Below are positions 21,412 through 31,898 of a DNA stretch of 64,000 bases, piece after piece. The DNA comes from a virus (Duplodnaviria > Caudoviricetes). Every line of letters begins with the position of its first letter. Position 1 is the first letter of the stretch. Both the position numbers and the translations under genes were made by a program. The stretch spans positions 1 to 64,000 of IMG/VR virus record IMGVR_UViG_3300032303_002003; one strand, 5' to 3'. A model generated the notes under the pieces. That model was not told where the DNA came from and searched no databases. It was given only the letters and a program-made list of their open reading frames with translations.

Positions 21412-22436
21412 TAAGAATTTTATTTATACATGCAAACAATTCAATTGCATTATTCAATAATGCGAGTCAAGGTACTTGTGAATCTAATGATTATTTAACT
21501 GATTCCATTTTTTTAGAGATTAAGGAAAATCCTGAATTTGAGGTATATGAATGCCCACATATGTCACATATGTACGAAAACTCTAATACTAAAATAGAAA
21601 ATATAACAGGTTATGGATTTACATTAAGAAAAAAAATAAAAAAAGAATCAAACGTACTTTCAATAGATGAAACAATACTAAGAATTAGAAATGTTTTTTT
21701 TGATTTAATTATTACAGATTCAAGGACAATGAATCCTTGGTGGTTTAATAGAGGATTATCACCGTTTTATAATAATTCGTGTTTATTAAAAAAAGAAGTT
21801 TTATCAATTTACCCTAAAAATAAAATTATTTTTATTGATGGTGAAGACCAACCAGATTCAATACAAAAAGAATTTTATGGTAATTCTCTTTATTTTAAAA
21901 GAGAATTAATTTATGATGATAGTAACTTGCTACCAATTGGTTACTCATTTCCAAAAAAACAATTAAGGTATATTTCATCTTTAGATGAAAAAATAAATTC
22001 ATTATCTCATATTGTTCCGGGGATACGAAGTACCTATATTTTTAATAATGAAGAAAAATATTACAATGATTATAAAACGTCCTTTTTTGGATTAACTTGG
22101 AGAAAATTGGGGTGGGATTGTTTTAGACATCACGAAATAATATCATCTTCATGTTTACCTATTTTCCCGGATATTAATGAAATACCAAAAAATTGTATGA
22201 TTTTTTATCCTAAAAATATTTGTTCAAAAATTTTAAATATGGATTGTGTAAAACATAATAATTGGAATAAAAGTTGGTTAGCACACGATTTGTATTATTA
22301 TCCAAACATATCAATAAATGATTCATTGATTGATAAAAATCAATATACGGATTACTTAAACGAAATTATTGATTTTTATTTAAAAAATTCAACAACAGAA
22401 AAAACACTAAATTATATTTTAAATAAAACAAAATGA
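21408..22436 (+). CDS. Putative glycosyltransferase (GT-B)
   Basis: IDGED, YFKREL, GWDCFRHHEII..CLP. Confidence 0.55.
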   Translation: MIRILFIHANNSIALFNNASQGTCESNDYLTDSIFLEIKENPEFEVYECPHMSHMYENSNTKIENITGYGFTLRKKIKKESNVLSIDETILRIRNVFFDLIITDSRTMNPWWFNRGLSPFYNNSCLLKKEVLSIYPKNKIIFIDGEDQPDSIQKEFYGNSLYFKRELIYDDSNLLPIGYSFPKKQLRYISSLDEKINSLSHIVPGIRSTYIFNNEEKYYNDYKTSFFGLTWRKLGWDCFRHHEIISSSCLPIFPDINEIPKNCMIFYPKNICSKILNMDCVKHNNWNKSWLAHDLYYYPNISINDSLIDKNQYTDYLNEIIDFYLKNSTTEKTLNYILNKTK

Positions 22437-23032
22437 AATCAATAAAAACAGTAGATGTATTAAAAAATATAAATAATGGAGTATTTGTTCAAATAGGTTC
22501 ATATGATGGTATAAGTAATGATGAATACGGACTTAAGGAAAAAATTAAATACGAAAATCATAAATCAATATTAATAGAACCAATAAAAGAATTTTTTGAT
22601 AAATTAGTTAATAACTATTCAGATTCAAAATCAGAAACTTACTTTGAGAATGTATCTATTTCTGATATAAATGGTTTTAAAGAAATAACGGTAAATGGTC
22701 AAGATACTTCATTCAATAGGAATATTAATGGAGAAAAAAGAAAAATTAATTGTATTAGATTTTCAGAAATAATTGATAAATATAATTTAACAGAAATTGA
22801 TGGATTATTTGTTGATGTTGAAGGTCACGAATATATAATATTTAACGACATCTTTAATAATTGTATTATCCCAATAAAATTTATTAGATTTGAATTTTGG
22901 TGGGCTGAGGACAGAAGGGAACTGGATTTACTTTTTGAAAAAAATAATTACGAATTATATCAGTGTGATGAAAGTTATGCAGATAAAATTGCAATACATA
23001 AAGATTATTTAAATATTTTTAATGGAAACTAA
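22433..23032 (+). CDS. FkbM-family methyltransferase
   Basis: VQIGSYDG, LIEP, VDVEGHE, IRFE. Confidence 0.75.
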   Translation: MKSIKTVDVLKNINNGVFVQIGSYDGISNDEYGLKEKIKYENHKSILIEPIKEFFDKLVNNYSDSKSETYFENVSISDINGFKEITVNGQDTSFNRNINGEKRKINCIRFSEIIDKYNLTEIDGLFVDVEGHEYIIFNDIFNNCIIPIKFIRFEFWWAEDRRELDLLFEKNNYELYQCDESYADKIAIHKDYLNIFNGN

Positions 23033-23906
23033 AGATTTTTTATTTTTTAACTACTCATGGGTTAAGAATTCAACGTTTATTTTTAATAAATTCAAGGAAA
23101 AAGGTCACTCAATTGATATTGTTGACGAGAAAACTATCCGTGACTTCATTCCTAAGTGCAAATACAAAAATGTTGTACTATATCTTCACGAAAATTGGAC
23201 AATACCAATTACTAATTTTTTGTTAGAAAATTTTTTACAAGATTCTTTTTTAATACAACACGATGACACTGATTTTGAACAAATACAGAAATGGTCAAAC
23301 AGAGAACCAAATCTCTTTATGCAAAGAGAGTTAACAAAGAATACAATCATAAATACAAATTCACCGGCGTATCCTTTTCATTTCCCAATAGAATCTATAT
23401 ATGAGGAAAAGTATCAAAAAAAAGATATTGATATATCATTTATTGGTACAATGACGCATTACAGAAGATTACCATTTGTGAATCACATAAAAAGTTTATC
23501 ACAAACAAGTTTAAAAAACTTAAATTGGTATATTGATGTTAAACCTGTAGACACAAGAACTCCAGAATTATTCAAAGAAATGACAAATAGGTCAAAAATT
23601 TCATTACACTATTTTGGTAATTCTTATGATTCTATAAGAATATGGGAAATAATTTCGGCAAAAACGGCATTAATTATGCCAAATATGAGAAATTTATCTG
23701 TTTCAGATTCATATATGCCATTTAAAGAATATATAACAATTAAAGATGATTTTTCAGATTTAGAAGAAAAAATAAATTATCTATTAGAGATGGACAGATA
23801 TAAAACTATTGCGGAAGAAGGATATAATTCTTATAATAATTTCCATAATCCTGATAAATGTTTTGAATATTATTATTCTGTCGTAACCAAATATTGTAAA
23901 TTATAA
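23022..23906 (+). CDS. Glycosyltransferase (GT-B, CgeB-like)
   Basis: DISFIG, SKISL..G..SIRIWEI, DLEEKI..IAEEGY. Confidence 0.7.
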   Translation: METKDFLFFNYSWVKNSTFIFNKFKEKGHSIDIVDEKTIRDFIPKCKYKNVVLYLHENWTIPITNFLLENFLQDSFLIQHDDTDFEQIQKWSNREPNLFMQRELTKNTIINTNSPAYPFHFPIESIYEEKYQKKDIDISFIGTMTHYRRLPFVNHIKSLSQTSLKNLNWYIDVKPVDTRTPELFKEMTNRSKISLHYFGNSYDSIRIWEIISAKTALIMPNMRNLSVSDSYMPFKEYITIKDDFSDLEEKINYLLEMDRYKTIAEEGYNSYNNFHNPDKCFEYYYSVVTKYCKL

Positions 23907-23911
23907 AAAAA

Positions 23912-24952
23912 ATGAAAAAAATACTTGTTTTAGGTGGAGGAGGATTTATTGGAGGTCATTTATCAAAAAGATTAAAAACAGAAGGACACTTTGTTAGGGT
24001 TGTGGATATAAAAGAACACGAATATTTTAAAGTAAATGAATTTTGCGATGAATTTATTCAAGGGGATTTAAGAAACCCAAGTTTTGTATCTAACGTTATG
24101 TTTGCACCCGGCCAACATAGTATGGACGATAATGACAATTCTTTTGATGAGGTTTACCAATTAGCCGCAGATATGGGTGGAGCAGGATATATTTTCACAG
24201 GAGAAAATGATGCTAACGTAATGCATAATTCTGCTTTAGTTAATCTAAATGTGGTTCATTGGGCAACTAGGTTTAATGTTAAAAAAATATTTTATTCTTC
24301 ATCCGCCTGTATGTATCCAGAACATAATCAAATGGACCCCAATAATCCTAATTGTAAAGAAAGTTCGGCATATCCCGCCAATCCTGATTCAGAATATGGT
24401 TGGGAAAAATTATTTAGTGAAAGAATTTTTTTGGCGTTTAAAAGAAATTATGGGTTAAATGTGAGAATTGCAAGATTCCATAATATATTTGGCCCTAAAG
24501 GCACTTGGAAAGGTGGTAAAGAAAAAGCACCAGCCGCAATGTGTAGAAAAGTTGCCGAAACAGAAAATGGTGGTGAAATTGAAGTTTGGGGTGACGGACA
24601 ACAGACAAGGTCTTTTTTATATATTGATGAATGTGTTGATGCCGTTTTAAAACTAATGGAAAGTGATTTTGTTGGACCTGTTAATATTGGTTCAGAAGAA
24701 ATGGTAACAATAAATCAATTAGCGAGAATGGCTATTGATATATCAGGTAAGAATATTACTATTAACAATATATTTGGTAAAACATTTGAAAAAAAATATG
24801 GGTTTAAATGTCCCGTTGGTGTAAGAGGTAGAAATTCAGATAATAAATTATATAAAGAAAAAATAGGGTGGGAAGTAAGTGACCCACTTATTAAAGGAAT
24901 GGAAAAAACTTATAATTGGATTAACCAAAATTTAAATGGAAAAAAGAAATAG
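23912..24952 (+). CDS. NAD-dependent epimerase, GDP-mannose 3,5-epimerase-like
   Basis: GGGGFIG, LAADMGGAGYI, SSACMYP, YGWEK, RFHNIFGP, KEKAPAAMCRK, GVRGRNSDN. Confidence 0.9.
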   Translation: MKKILVLGGGGFIGGHLSKRLKTEGHFVRVVDIKEHEYFKVNEFCDEFIQGDLRNPSFVSNVMFAPGQHSMDDNDNSFDEVYQLAADMGGAGYIFTGENDANVMHNSALVNLNVVHWATRFNVKKIFYSSSACMYPEHNQMDPNNPNCKESSAYPANPDSEYGWEKLFSERIFLAFKRNYGLNVRIARFHNIFGPKGTWKGGKEKAPAAMCRKVAETENGGEIEVWGDGQQTRSFLYIDECVDAVLKLMESDFVGPVNIGSEEMVTINQLARMAIDISGKNITINNIFGKTFEKKYGFKCPVGVRGRNSDNKLYKEKIGWEVSDPLIKGMEKTYNWINQNLNGKKK

Positions 24953-25691
24953 AAAAAAACCGACACAACAAATATCAAAAGTGACGGAAGAAAAAGTACA
25001 ACTAACCAAAAAAGAACAAATACTTCAAATAATAAAAAAACCAAGTAAACAAAAATTTTTATCTGAAAGTCAAAGATTATATTATGATATATTAAAAAAA
25101 AATCAGATAACTATTTGTGTTGGGCCTGCAGGTGTTGGTAAAAGTTATATTGCAATGAAGGCGGCGCTTGATTTATTGGCTGACCCCTCAAACACCTACG
25201 AGAAAATTATTATTGTTAGACCAGCTGTAGAAGCCGAAGAAAAATTGGGTTCTCTACCAGGTAATGTTGAAGAAAAGTTAGACCCATATATTTTCCCTTC
25301 TTATTATTTAATGAATAAAATTATTGGTAAGGAAGCAAGAGAAACATTAAAAGATATGGATGTGATTGAAGTGTTCGCACTTGCGTATATGAGAGGCATG
25401 AATATTGATAACTCAATATTAATTTTTGAGGAGGCTCAGAACTCTACCCCCAATCAAATGAAATTATTGTTAACAAGAATTGGTTTTAATAGTAAGTTTT
25501 TAATTTCAGGTGATTTGGAACAATTCGATAGACACAAGGATAAAACACAAACAGGTTTATGGGATGCGATGCGTAGACATAGTAAAACTGATGATATTGG
25601 TGTTTTTGAGTTCGGTCAAGACGATATTGTTAGAAATCCACTTATAACTAAACTATTAAAGAACTACGAAAATAATGAGGATAGGAATTGA
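24936..25691 (+). CDS. phoH: PhoH-like ATPase
   Basis: GPAGVGKS, RPAVEAEEKLGSLPG, AYMRG, EEAQN, GDLEQ, VRNPLI. Confidence 0.93.
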   Translation: MEKRNRKKPTQQISKVTEEKVQLTKKEQILQIIKKPSKQKFLSESQRLYYDILKKNQITICVGPAGVGKSYIAMKAALDLLADPSNTYEKIIIVRPAVEAEEKLGSLPGNVEEKLDPYIFPSYYLMNKIIGKEARETLKDMDVIEVFALAYMRGMNIDNSILIFEEAQNSTPNQMKLLLTRIGFNSKFLISGDLEQFDRHKDKTQTGLWDAMRRHSKTDDIGVFEFGQDDIVRNPLITKLLKNYENNEDRN

Positions 25692-26268
25692 AATTAATGG
25701 CGTTTTAAGAGATACATTAAAAAAAATTCAACAAGAATATGAAAAATGGTACATAGAAAATCCATTTAAAGAAGAAACTGAATTTGAATATAAAGTTATT
25801 TCAGAACTAACCACTTTAGATATTATGTCTCATTTGTCTTTCAAAGATAAAGACGAATTATATGATTTTCTTTATAAGGAACACACAATGGAAATATTTG
25901 GTCATTCAGGCTCAGTTGAAATGTCATCTATGAATGATTTAAATGACTTTTATTTAGATGTAAGGGATTCTCACGACATTTTAATTTTGTCCGATGAAAT
26001 AGGTAAATCAAAACCCGCATCTTTATTTTTTCTTTCAAAGTTCGGATGTTTAATTGAAAATATTAAATTTTATAGTGAAATCACAATAAATTCAATGTGG
26101 AACTCAATAGACATTTTACTTACCGCTAATCCTAACCTATTATTGAATATACCTCAGGATAAATTGGTTATAAAATATGAAACATCATATAATTCAGATG
26201 TTAGTAGTAAATATTCAATAAAAAACTTGAAGGAATTAAAAAATAAAATACAAGAAATTTATGCTTAA
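25675..26268 (+). CDS. HAD/5'-nucleotidase-like protein with degenerate motif I
   Basis: MRIGIEINGVLRD in place of IGIDxDGVL; terminal YN motif. Confidence 0.55.
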   Translation: MRIGIEINGVLRDTLKKIQQEYEKWYIENPFKEETEFEYKVISELTTLDIMSHLSFKDKDELYDFLYKEHTMEIFGHSGSVEMSSMNDLNDFYLDVRDSHDILILSDEIGKSKPASLFFLSKFGCLIENIKFYSEITINSMWNSIDILLTANPNLLLNIPQDKLVIKYETSYNSDVSSKYSIKNLKELKNKIQEIYA

Positions 26269-26554
26269 TGTTTTAGGTGAAAACTATTTCATTGATTTTG
26301 ATGAAGTAGAAAAATACATTGATATGTCCGACACCCTTGAAATTCAAAAAGAAAATGAGGAATCTGGAACATCAGAAATGAAAGTTAATATCATAAAATA
26401 TGAAATGATTAAAATGATGTTAGAAACCATTTTATCAGAAGATTTGGAAGTAGATGATAAACTAGGATTGAAGAGTTCTTCTAACGCAATTAGCGTACCA
26501 TTTAAATTGGCTTTCAATAGTTTACTTAATAAAAATTTAATTAATCATTATTAA
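26261..26554 (+). CDS. Hypothetical protein
   Basis: 97-aa ORF in operon. Confidence 0.7.
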   Translation: MLNVLGENYFIDFDEVEKYIDMSDTLEIQKENEESGTSEMKVNIIKYEMIKMMLETILSEDLEVDDKLGLKSSSNAISVPFKLAFNSLLNKNLINHY

Positions 26555-26557
26555 AAT

Positions 26558-27610
26558 ATGGAAAATACAACAGAAAAAGTTAAACAATCAATACAGAGTC
26601 TTTTAAATAGAAATTCTCGTATTTATTTTTTAGTTCAAGATACTAAAGATAATGCGAAAGCCTCTGTTAGATTTATTTATGAAATCGCATATGCTTTAAA
26701 GCAGAATAATTTTAATCCAATAATTCTTCACGAAAAAAGTGATTATTCAGGCGTTTCGAAATGGTTAGATGAAAAATATATGTCTGAATTACCTCATACG
26801 GCAATTGAGGGTCAGAATTTACAAATTGCACCCGAAGACTTTATCGTTATTCCTGAGATTTTTGGATTTGTAATGGACCAAATTAAAAATTTACCTTGTG
26901 GTAAAATTGTATTATCTCAATCATATGCATATATTTTAGAGACGCTTCAACCAGGCCAAAATTGGGCTCAATTCGGGTTTTTAAAATGTATAACTACATC
27001 AGATATTCAAAAACAATATTTGGAAAAAGTTATGAGACAAACTACATTTGATATAATTAAACCAACAATTGGGGAAAGTTTTGAACCAAGGAGTTTACCG
27101 CCAATGCCAATCGTTGCGGTCCATTCAAGAGAACAAAGTGATACTATTAATCTAATTAAAACTTTTTATTTAAAATTCCCTCAATATAGATGGTTTACAT
27201 TTAAAGATATGAGAGGATTAAGCGAAAAAGAATTTGCGGAAACATTAAAAGAATGTTTTTTAAGTGTTTGGATTGATAATGAAAGTGGTTTTGGTACATT
27301 CCCATTAGAATCAATGGCTTGTGGAGTTCCTGTGATGGGTAAAGTACCTGATATTCAACCTGAATGGATGAATGAAAATAATGGTATGTGGGTTACGGAT
27401 AAAACATTAATGGCTGATTTTGTTGCCGATTTTATACAAAATTGGTTGGAAGACAACATTAAACCTGAATTACAATTAGAAGGGATTAAAACATCCGAAA
27501 AATATAAAAATAAACAAGAATTTGAATCAACTGTTGTAACATTATTTGATGGTTACTTAAAATTGAGAGCGGATTCTTTTGAACAACAAATTTCTAAAAC
27601 TGAACAATAA
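26558..27610 (+). CDS. Glycosyltransferase (GT-B, GT4-like)
   Basis: DFIVIPE, SGFGTFPLESMACGVPV. Confidence 0.8.
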   Translation: MENTTEKVKQSIQSLLNRNSRIYFLVQDTKDNAKASVRFIYEIAYALKQNNFNPIILHEKSDYSGVSKWLDEKYMSELPHTAIEGQNLQIAPEDFIVIPEIFGFVMDQIKNLPCGKIVLSQSYAYILETLQPGQNWAQFGFLKCITTSDIQKQYLEKVMRQTTFDIIKPTIGESFEPRSLPPMPIVAVHSREQSDTINLIKTFYLKFPQYRWFTFKDMRGLSEKEFAETLKECFLSVWIDNESGFGTFPLESMACGVPVMGKVPDIQPEWMNENNGMWVTDKTLMADFVADFIQNWLEDNIKPELQLEGIKTSEKYKNKQEFESTVVTLFDGYLKLRADSFEQQISKTEQ

Positions 27611-27611
27611 T

Positions 27612-28418
27612 ATGGAAAATAACTTATCAATTTCAATCATTTTACCTATCAAAACATCATTAGAAAAAGATTTCTCTGAATATTTTGATAAAGCAATCAA
27701 ATCAATACAAAATCAGACAATTCAACCACTTGAATTAGTTGTTGTTCACACATCAGAAAAAACTTTGGTTGAACATTTAAATAATTATAATTTTGGAACA
27801 TTAAAGGTTAATAAATTATTATGGGACAAAGAACCAAACTATTGTGAACAAGTAAATTTTGGAATTAAAAATTCAAAAGGAGATTGGTTTTCTTTATTTG
27901 AATTTGATGATGAATATTCCGCAATATGGTTTAAAAATGTTAAAAAGTATATGGATGCTTATCCTGAAGTACAAGGATTTTTACCTGTAGTTGTGGATAC
28001 CGATAATAAAAATGTTTTTGCAGGATTTACCAATGAGGCGACATTTGCTGCAAATTTTACCATGGAAATGGGATACCTAACAAATGAAACATTACATAAT
28101 TATCAAAATTTCCAAACCGCAGGTGCAGTATTTAAAAAGCAAATTGTTGAAGATTTTGGAGGATTTAAACCATCTATGAAATTAACATTTATTTATGAGT
28201 TTTTACTTAGATTAACATACAATTCCGTATCAATTATGTCTATTCCTAAAATTGGATACAAACATATTAATATGAGAGAAGAATCAATATTTTGGGATTA
28301 CAAGTTTGGTAATACAAAAATGACTGATGATGAGGTTAAATTTTGGGTACAAACCGCAAAGAAAGAATATTTCTTTACTGACGATAGAGTCATAAAATAT
28401 GAATCTCAAACTGCGTAA
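27612..28418 (+). CDS. Glycosyltransferase (GT2-like)
   Basis: ISIILP, AIKSIQNQT, NFGIKNSKGDWFSLFEFDD. Confidence 0.8.
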   Translation: MENNLSISIILPIKTSLEKDFSEYFDKAIKSIQNQTIQPLELVVVHTSEKTLVEHLNNYNFGTLKVNKLLWDKEPNYCEQVNFGIKNSKGDWFSLFEFDDEYSAIWFKNVKKYMDAYPEVQGFLPVVVDTDNKNVFAGFTNEATFAANFTMEMGYLTNETLHNYQNFQTAGAVFKKQIVEDFGGFKPSMKLTFIYEFLLRLTYNSVSIMSIPKIGYKHINMREESIFWDYKFGNTKMTDDEVKFWVQTAKKEYFFTDDRVIKYESQTA

Positions 28419-29164
28419 TGATAGAATCTTTGTCAGGTATTTCTGAAGAAGTTTCGTCAAAAAAAAGAGGAAGGAAGGCTCAAAAGGAAAATTATTTTGA
28501 TGTTAGAGAAGAAAATGCGGTTAGAGATTTTTTAATTGCAACCACATCAGAAGAAAAAAATAAGATTTACAATGAATTTCTTAGGTATCCTTTAGATAAG
28601 ATGATTTCCTCAATAATTAGACGTTACAAATTATATAGGAAAGATATGGATTTTACAGAAATTCATACTGATACCCATTCATTTTTAATGACAAAAGTGG
28701 ACAAGTTTAAGCCTTCAAAGAATAAAAAGGCTTATTCTTATTTTGGGACTATATGTAAAAATTATTTGATGGGTCAAATTATAAAAGACCAAAAAGAAAC
28801 AAATAGAAAAATTTCTTATGAAGATATATCAACCGCATTAGAGGAAAGGGCGGATTTATCTTATACAATTGATGACGAAGTTTTAGAAATGGATTTTGTT
28901 ATCGCAACTTATCTAAAAGAATTAAAAGATTATATTAATACTGACGAATTAACTGAAAATGAAAAAAAATTAGGTATTGCGTTAGTTGAACTTTTTGATA
29001 ATTACCAAAAAATATTTTTTGGTTCTCAAAATAATAAGTTTAACAAGAATGTTATTTTGCTTTCGCTTAGAGAAATGACAAATTTAAATACAAAAGAAAT
29101 TAGGTCATCAATTAAAAGATTTAAAAAGTTATACTTAATTGTTCATTCTAAATTGAAAAATTAA
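28418..29164 (+). CDS. Phage sigma factor, T4 gp55-like (putative late sigma)
   Basis: N-terminal ENYF; region-2-like KFKPSKNKKAYSYFGTICKNYL; lies immediately before structural genes. Confidence 0.65.
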   Translation: MIESLSGISEEVSSKKRGRKAQKENYFDVREENAVRDFLIATTSEEKNKIYNEFLRYPLDKMISSIIRRYKLYRKDMDFTEIHTDTHSFLMTKVDKFKPSKNKKAYSYFGTICKNYLMGQIIKDQKETNRKISYEDISTALEERADLSYTIDDEVLEMDFVIATYLKELKDYINTDELTENEKKLGIALVELFDNYQKIFFGSQNNKFNKNVILLSLREMTNLNTKEIRSSIKRFKKLYLIVHSKLKN

Positions 29165-29182
29165 AATATAATATTTATCAAT

Positions 29183-29548
29183 ATGTCAAGACCACAAAGA
29201 AAAGAAATAAATTTTACAAAAGAATCTATACTTGCATTAATGCAAGAAATTTACAATGAACTTGTAGAACAAAGAAATACCGCAATTAGAATTCAAAACA
29301 AAATGTTAACAATGATGAAGGAACCTGAGGATATGATTACCATAGGTCCTGTAATTGAAAAACAACAAAAAATTGTAAATGATTGTGTTGAAAAAAAAAT
29401 AAATCTTTCAAAACTTCAGTCCACAATTTGGGAAAAATCCAACAATAATACTGATAATTTTTCTTTGGCAGATTTGGATGACGACTTAATTCAAAATTTA
29501 ATTGAAAAAGATGTATCTAATGATGAACAGAATTATAAAATGAAATAA
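29183..29548 (+). CDS. Hypothetical coiled-coil protein
   Basis: 121 aa; TATTTAT 4 nt upstream. Confidence 0.75.
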   Translation: MSRPQRKEINFTKESILALMQEIYNELVEQRNTAIRIQNKMLTMMKEPEDMITIGPVIEKQQKIVNDCVEKKINLSKLQSTIWEKSNNNTDNFSLADLDDDLIQNLIEKDVSNDEQNYKMK

Positions 29549-29551
29549 TTT

Positions 29552-31687
29552 ATGTCTATCTCAAATGATACCAAAAATATAAGTTCAAAATTAGACTCAT
29601 TAAAAACTTATTCTGAACTTTCCTCAGATTCAAAAAAATTACAAAATAATAAAGGTAATCCTTTCGAATCGGCAATCGGTGACGCTTCTTCCCAACTTAA
29701 CAAACTTAAAGAACAACAAAAAAGATTCCAAAGAAATGTTCCCACATCTATGGATTCCCTAATGGGCTTTTTGGGTCAGACTAGGGGTAATGGTAGTGAA
29801 ACAATGAAATATTTAAGACAAAAAATATTTCAGACTTTGGTAAAAATGGAACCAAAAGCTAAAGAAATTTTAGTTGATGGTGCAATGAAAACATTAGGAT
29901 GTTCTCAAGAACAAACATATGAAGGTTTTCAACTTCCAGCATTAAACCCAATACCTTATATACAATCCTTACCTGTGAGTAAAGGTATATATATTCCCGT
30001 AAGCTCTATAGATTTTTCTGAAAATTTAAAAATAGGTGTTGACTCTATGATTGGTAAATTTTTTTATGAAAAAGAACAACCGTCTACAGATACAAAATTT
30101 AAACCATATGGTGGTAAAACTAACTATCCTTTCAATAAAATGTTAAATTTGAGAATGGATAGTACTAACGTTAGTAGGACATATAGTACCGAATTTGGTA
30201 ATTTTTATAATGGAATATCGGAACAAAAACTATTAGATGTACAATATACTACAACAAATGATTTAGGGACTTCTGGTGATTATTTTAGGGTTTTCTTATT
30301 AGATAGAAATAATTCATTTTCAAATTTACAAGATTTTAAAGGAAATAAAGTAAAAGAATTTTTAGTTGATTATTATTCAACGGTAAAACTTGTTGACCCT
30401 GTCAATGTTGTTGGTTCGGTATTAAATAGTATATCAAATTTTGCAAGTATTAAAGCGAATGTTAGTTATAAAAAATTATCAAACGATTCTAAATTTGAAA
30501 TAATCCTGCAAAGAATTTTAGGTTTGTGTAATGATTCAAGAAGAGAGATTGATGTTTCGGGGGTTGCCAAAGTACCTGAGTTAGATGGTGTAGATGATAG
30601 TTTTTTTGAATTTACAGAAGTGGATTTACGAAATATAAATAATAGAATAAGTAATATTCAAAAAGGTATTGTTAAATTTGAAAGTTGCGGAGATGTTGAG
30701 TTACCTGTTAATCCTGACATTATTATAGATGAATTAATTAATTTTAGAGATTCTGTATCGGGTAATACTCCTGAACAAAACGTAATAGCGATTGAAAAAG
30801 TAATTGATAGTTTTATTGATAATCCAAATTGGGCTCCTTTAATACCTAATGGAGTTAAATTAGATGTTGAAATTAATAAAAATATAATAAAAAACATAAC
30901 AAAGGCGGTCGCATCAGGAATATTAACACCAAAAATATTATTACCAATTTTTACTTTACTATATGCATTAGAAGCGAGCGCAAAAAATAAAATAAATAAT
31001 TATATCTTAACTGCAAATACTTTTATAGGTTCGGCTAATACCTATATATCTTCCGCCAATACATATTTACAATCAGGAAATACATTAGGGCAACAAGTAG
31101 ATAATATTATTGATGATGCGGTTGATTTTTTGAAAAAGTTTAAAACTTTTTGTATTGATATGATACAAAGAATAAACGCAGAATTTTTAAAAGAACTTTT
31201 TGAAGTGTTAAAAAAAGATATTTTAAATTTAATTAATATTTTAATTTCAGATATTCAAAAATCCGCAGCTGCAAAAAAGTATACAATTATATTAAGATTA
31301 GTCCAATTAGGTTTAATTATTGGACAAACAATTAGTGATTACAGAAAATGTAAATCACTAATTAATGACATTTTAAATTTACTTAATTTAATTAATAGTG
31401 TTTCGGGTGCATCAAACAAAATACCAACACCTCTTTTACCATTAACACAAGGTCTTCCAGGATTTTCACCTGAAAGAGCCGCAACAAATGCTCTTGAAAA
31501 TTTACAAAAATTAGGTATGCCAACCGGTGCACTACCTGACGGGTCACCAAATCTTATGAATCAATTTATGAGTTCAATCCTTAAAGGTTCTTCACAAGAA
31601 GAGGCGGAAAATGGAACAATAGATGCGATGGTTATTGTTCCACCATTAACGGGGGGATTATTACAAGTTTTCGGAAAAAACAGATAG
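29552..31687 (+). CDS. Putative virion/baseplate protein
   Basis: 711 aa upstream of gp5-like gene; tandem TANT/SANT/SANT/SGNT. Confidence 0.5.
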   Translation: MSISNDTKNISSKLDSLKTYSELSSDSKKLQNNKGNPFESAIGDASSQLNKLKEQQKRFQRNVPTSMDSLMGFLGQTRGNGSETMKYLRQKIFQTLVKMEPKAKEILVDGAMKTLGCSQEQTYEGFQLPALNPIPYIQSLPVSKGIYIPVSSIDFSENLKIGVDSMIGKFFYEKEQPSTDTKFKPYGGKTNYPFNKMLNLRMDSTNVSRTYSTEFGNFYNGISEQKLLDVQYTTTNDLGTSGDYFRVFLLDRNNSFSNLQDFKGNKVKEFLVDYYSTVKLVDPVNVVGSVLNSISNFASIKANVSYKKLSNDSKFEIILQRILGLCNDSRREIDVSGVAKVPELDGVDDSFFEFTEVDLRNINNRISNIQKGIVKFESCGDVELPVNPDIIIDELINFRDSVSGNTPEQNVIAIEKVIDSFIDNPNWAPLIPNGVKLDVEINKNIIKNITKAVASGILTPKILLPIFTLLYALEASAKNKINNYILTANTFIGSANTYISSANTYLQSGNTLGQQVDNIIDDAVDFLKKFKTFCIDMIQRINAEFLKELFEVLKKDILNLINILISDIQKSAAAKKYTIILRLVQLGLIIGQTISDYRKCKSLINDILNLLNLINSVSGASNKIPTPLLPLTQGLPGFSPERAATNALENLQKLGMPTGALPDGSPNLMNQFMSSILKGSSQEEAENGTIDAMVIVPPLTGGLLQVFGKNR

Positions 31688-31688
31688 T

Positions 31689-31898
31689 ATGACAAAATTA
31701 GAATTAGATAGTTTAGAATTACAAATAAAAAATTTAAAAAATTTACCAAATACCGCGTTGATTAGTTTTTTGGAAAGTTTGAACAATAGTTTTGAAACAA
31801 CTAAACAAGAAATTATTAATAAAACATTACATCTTGATAAAATTGAAGAGTTATATAATTTTGTATTAAAAGAATATCAAACCAGAGTAAATGAATAG
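31689..31898 (+). CDS. Hypothetical protein
   Basis: 69-aa ORF tightly packed in operon. Confidence 0.65.
   Translation: MTKLELDSLELQIKNLKNLPNTALISFLESLNNSFETTKQEIINKTLHLDKIEELYNFVLKEYQTRVNE

Noticed and set aside
24936-25691. phoH (and dut at 13295) as novel auxiliary genes
   Set aside because: Common in large phages; nothing unusual beyond short N-terminal extensions
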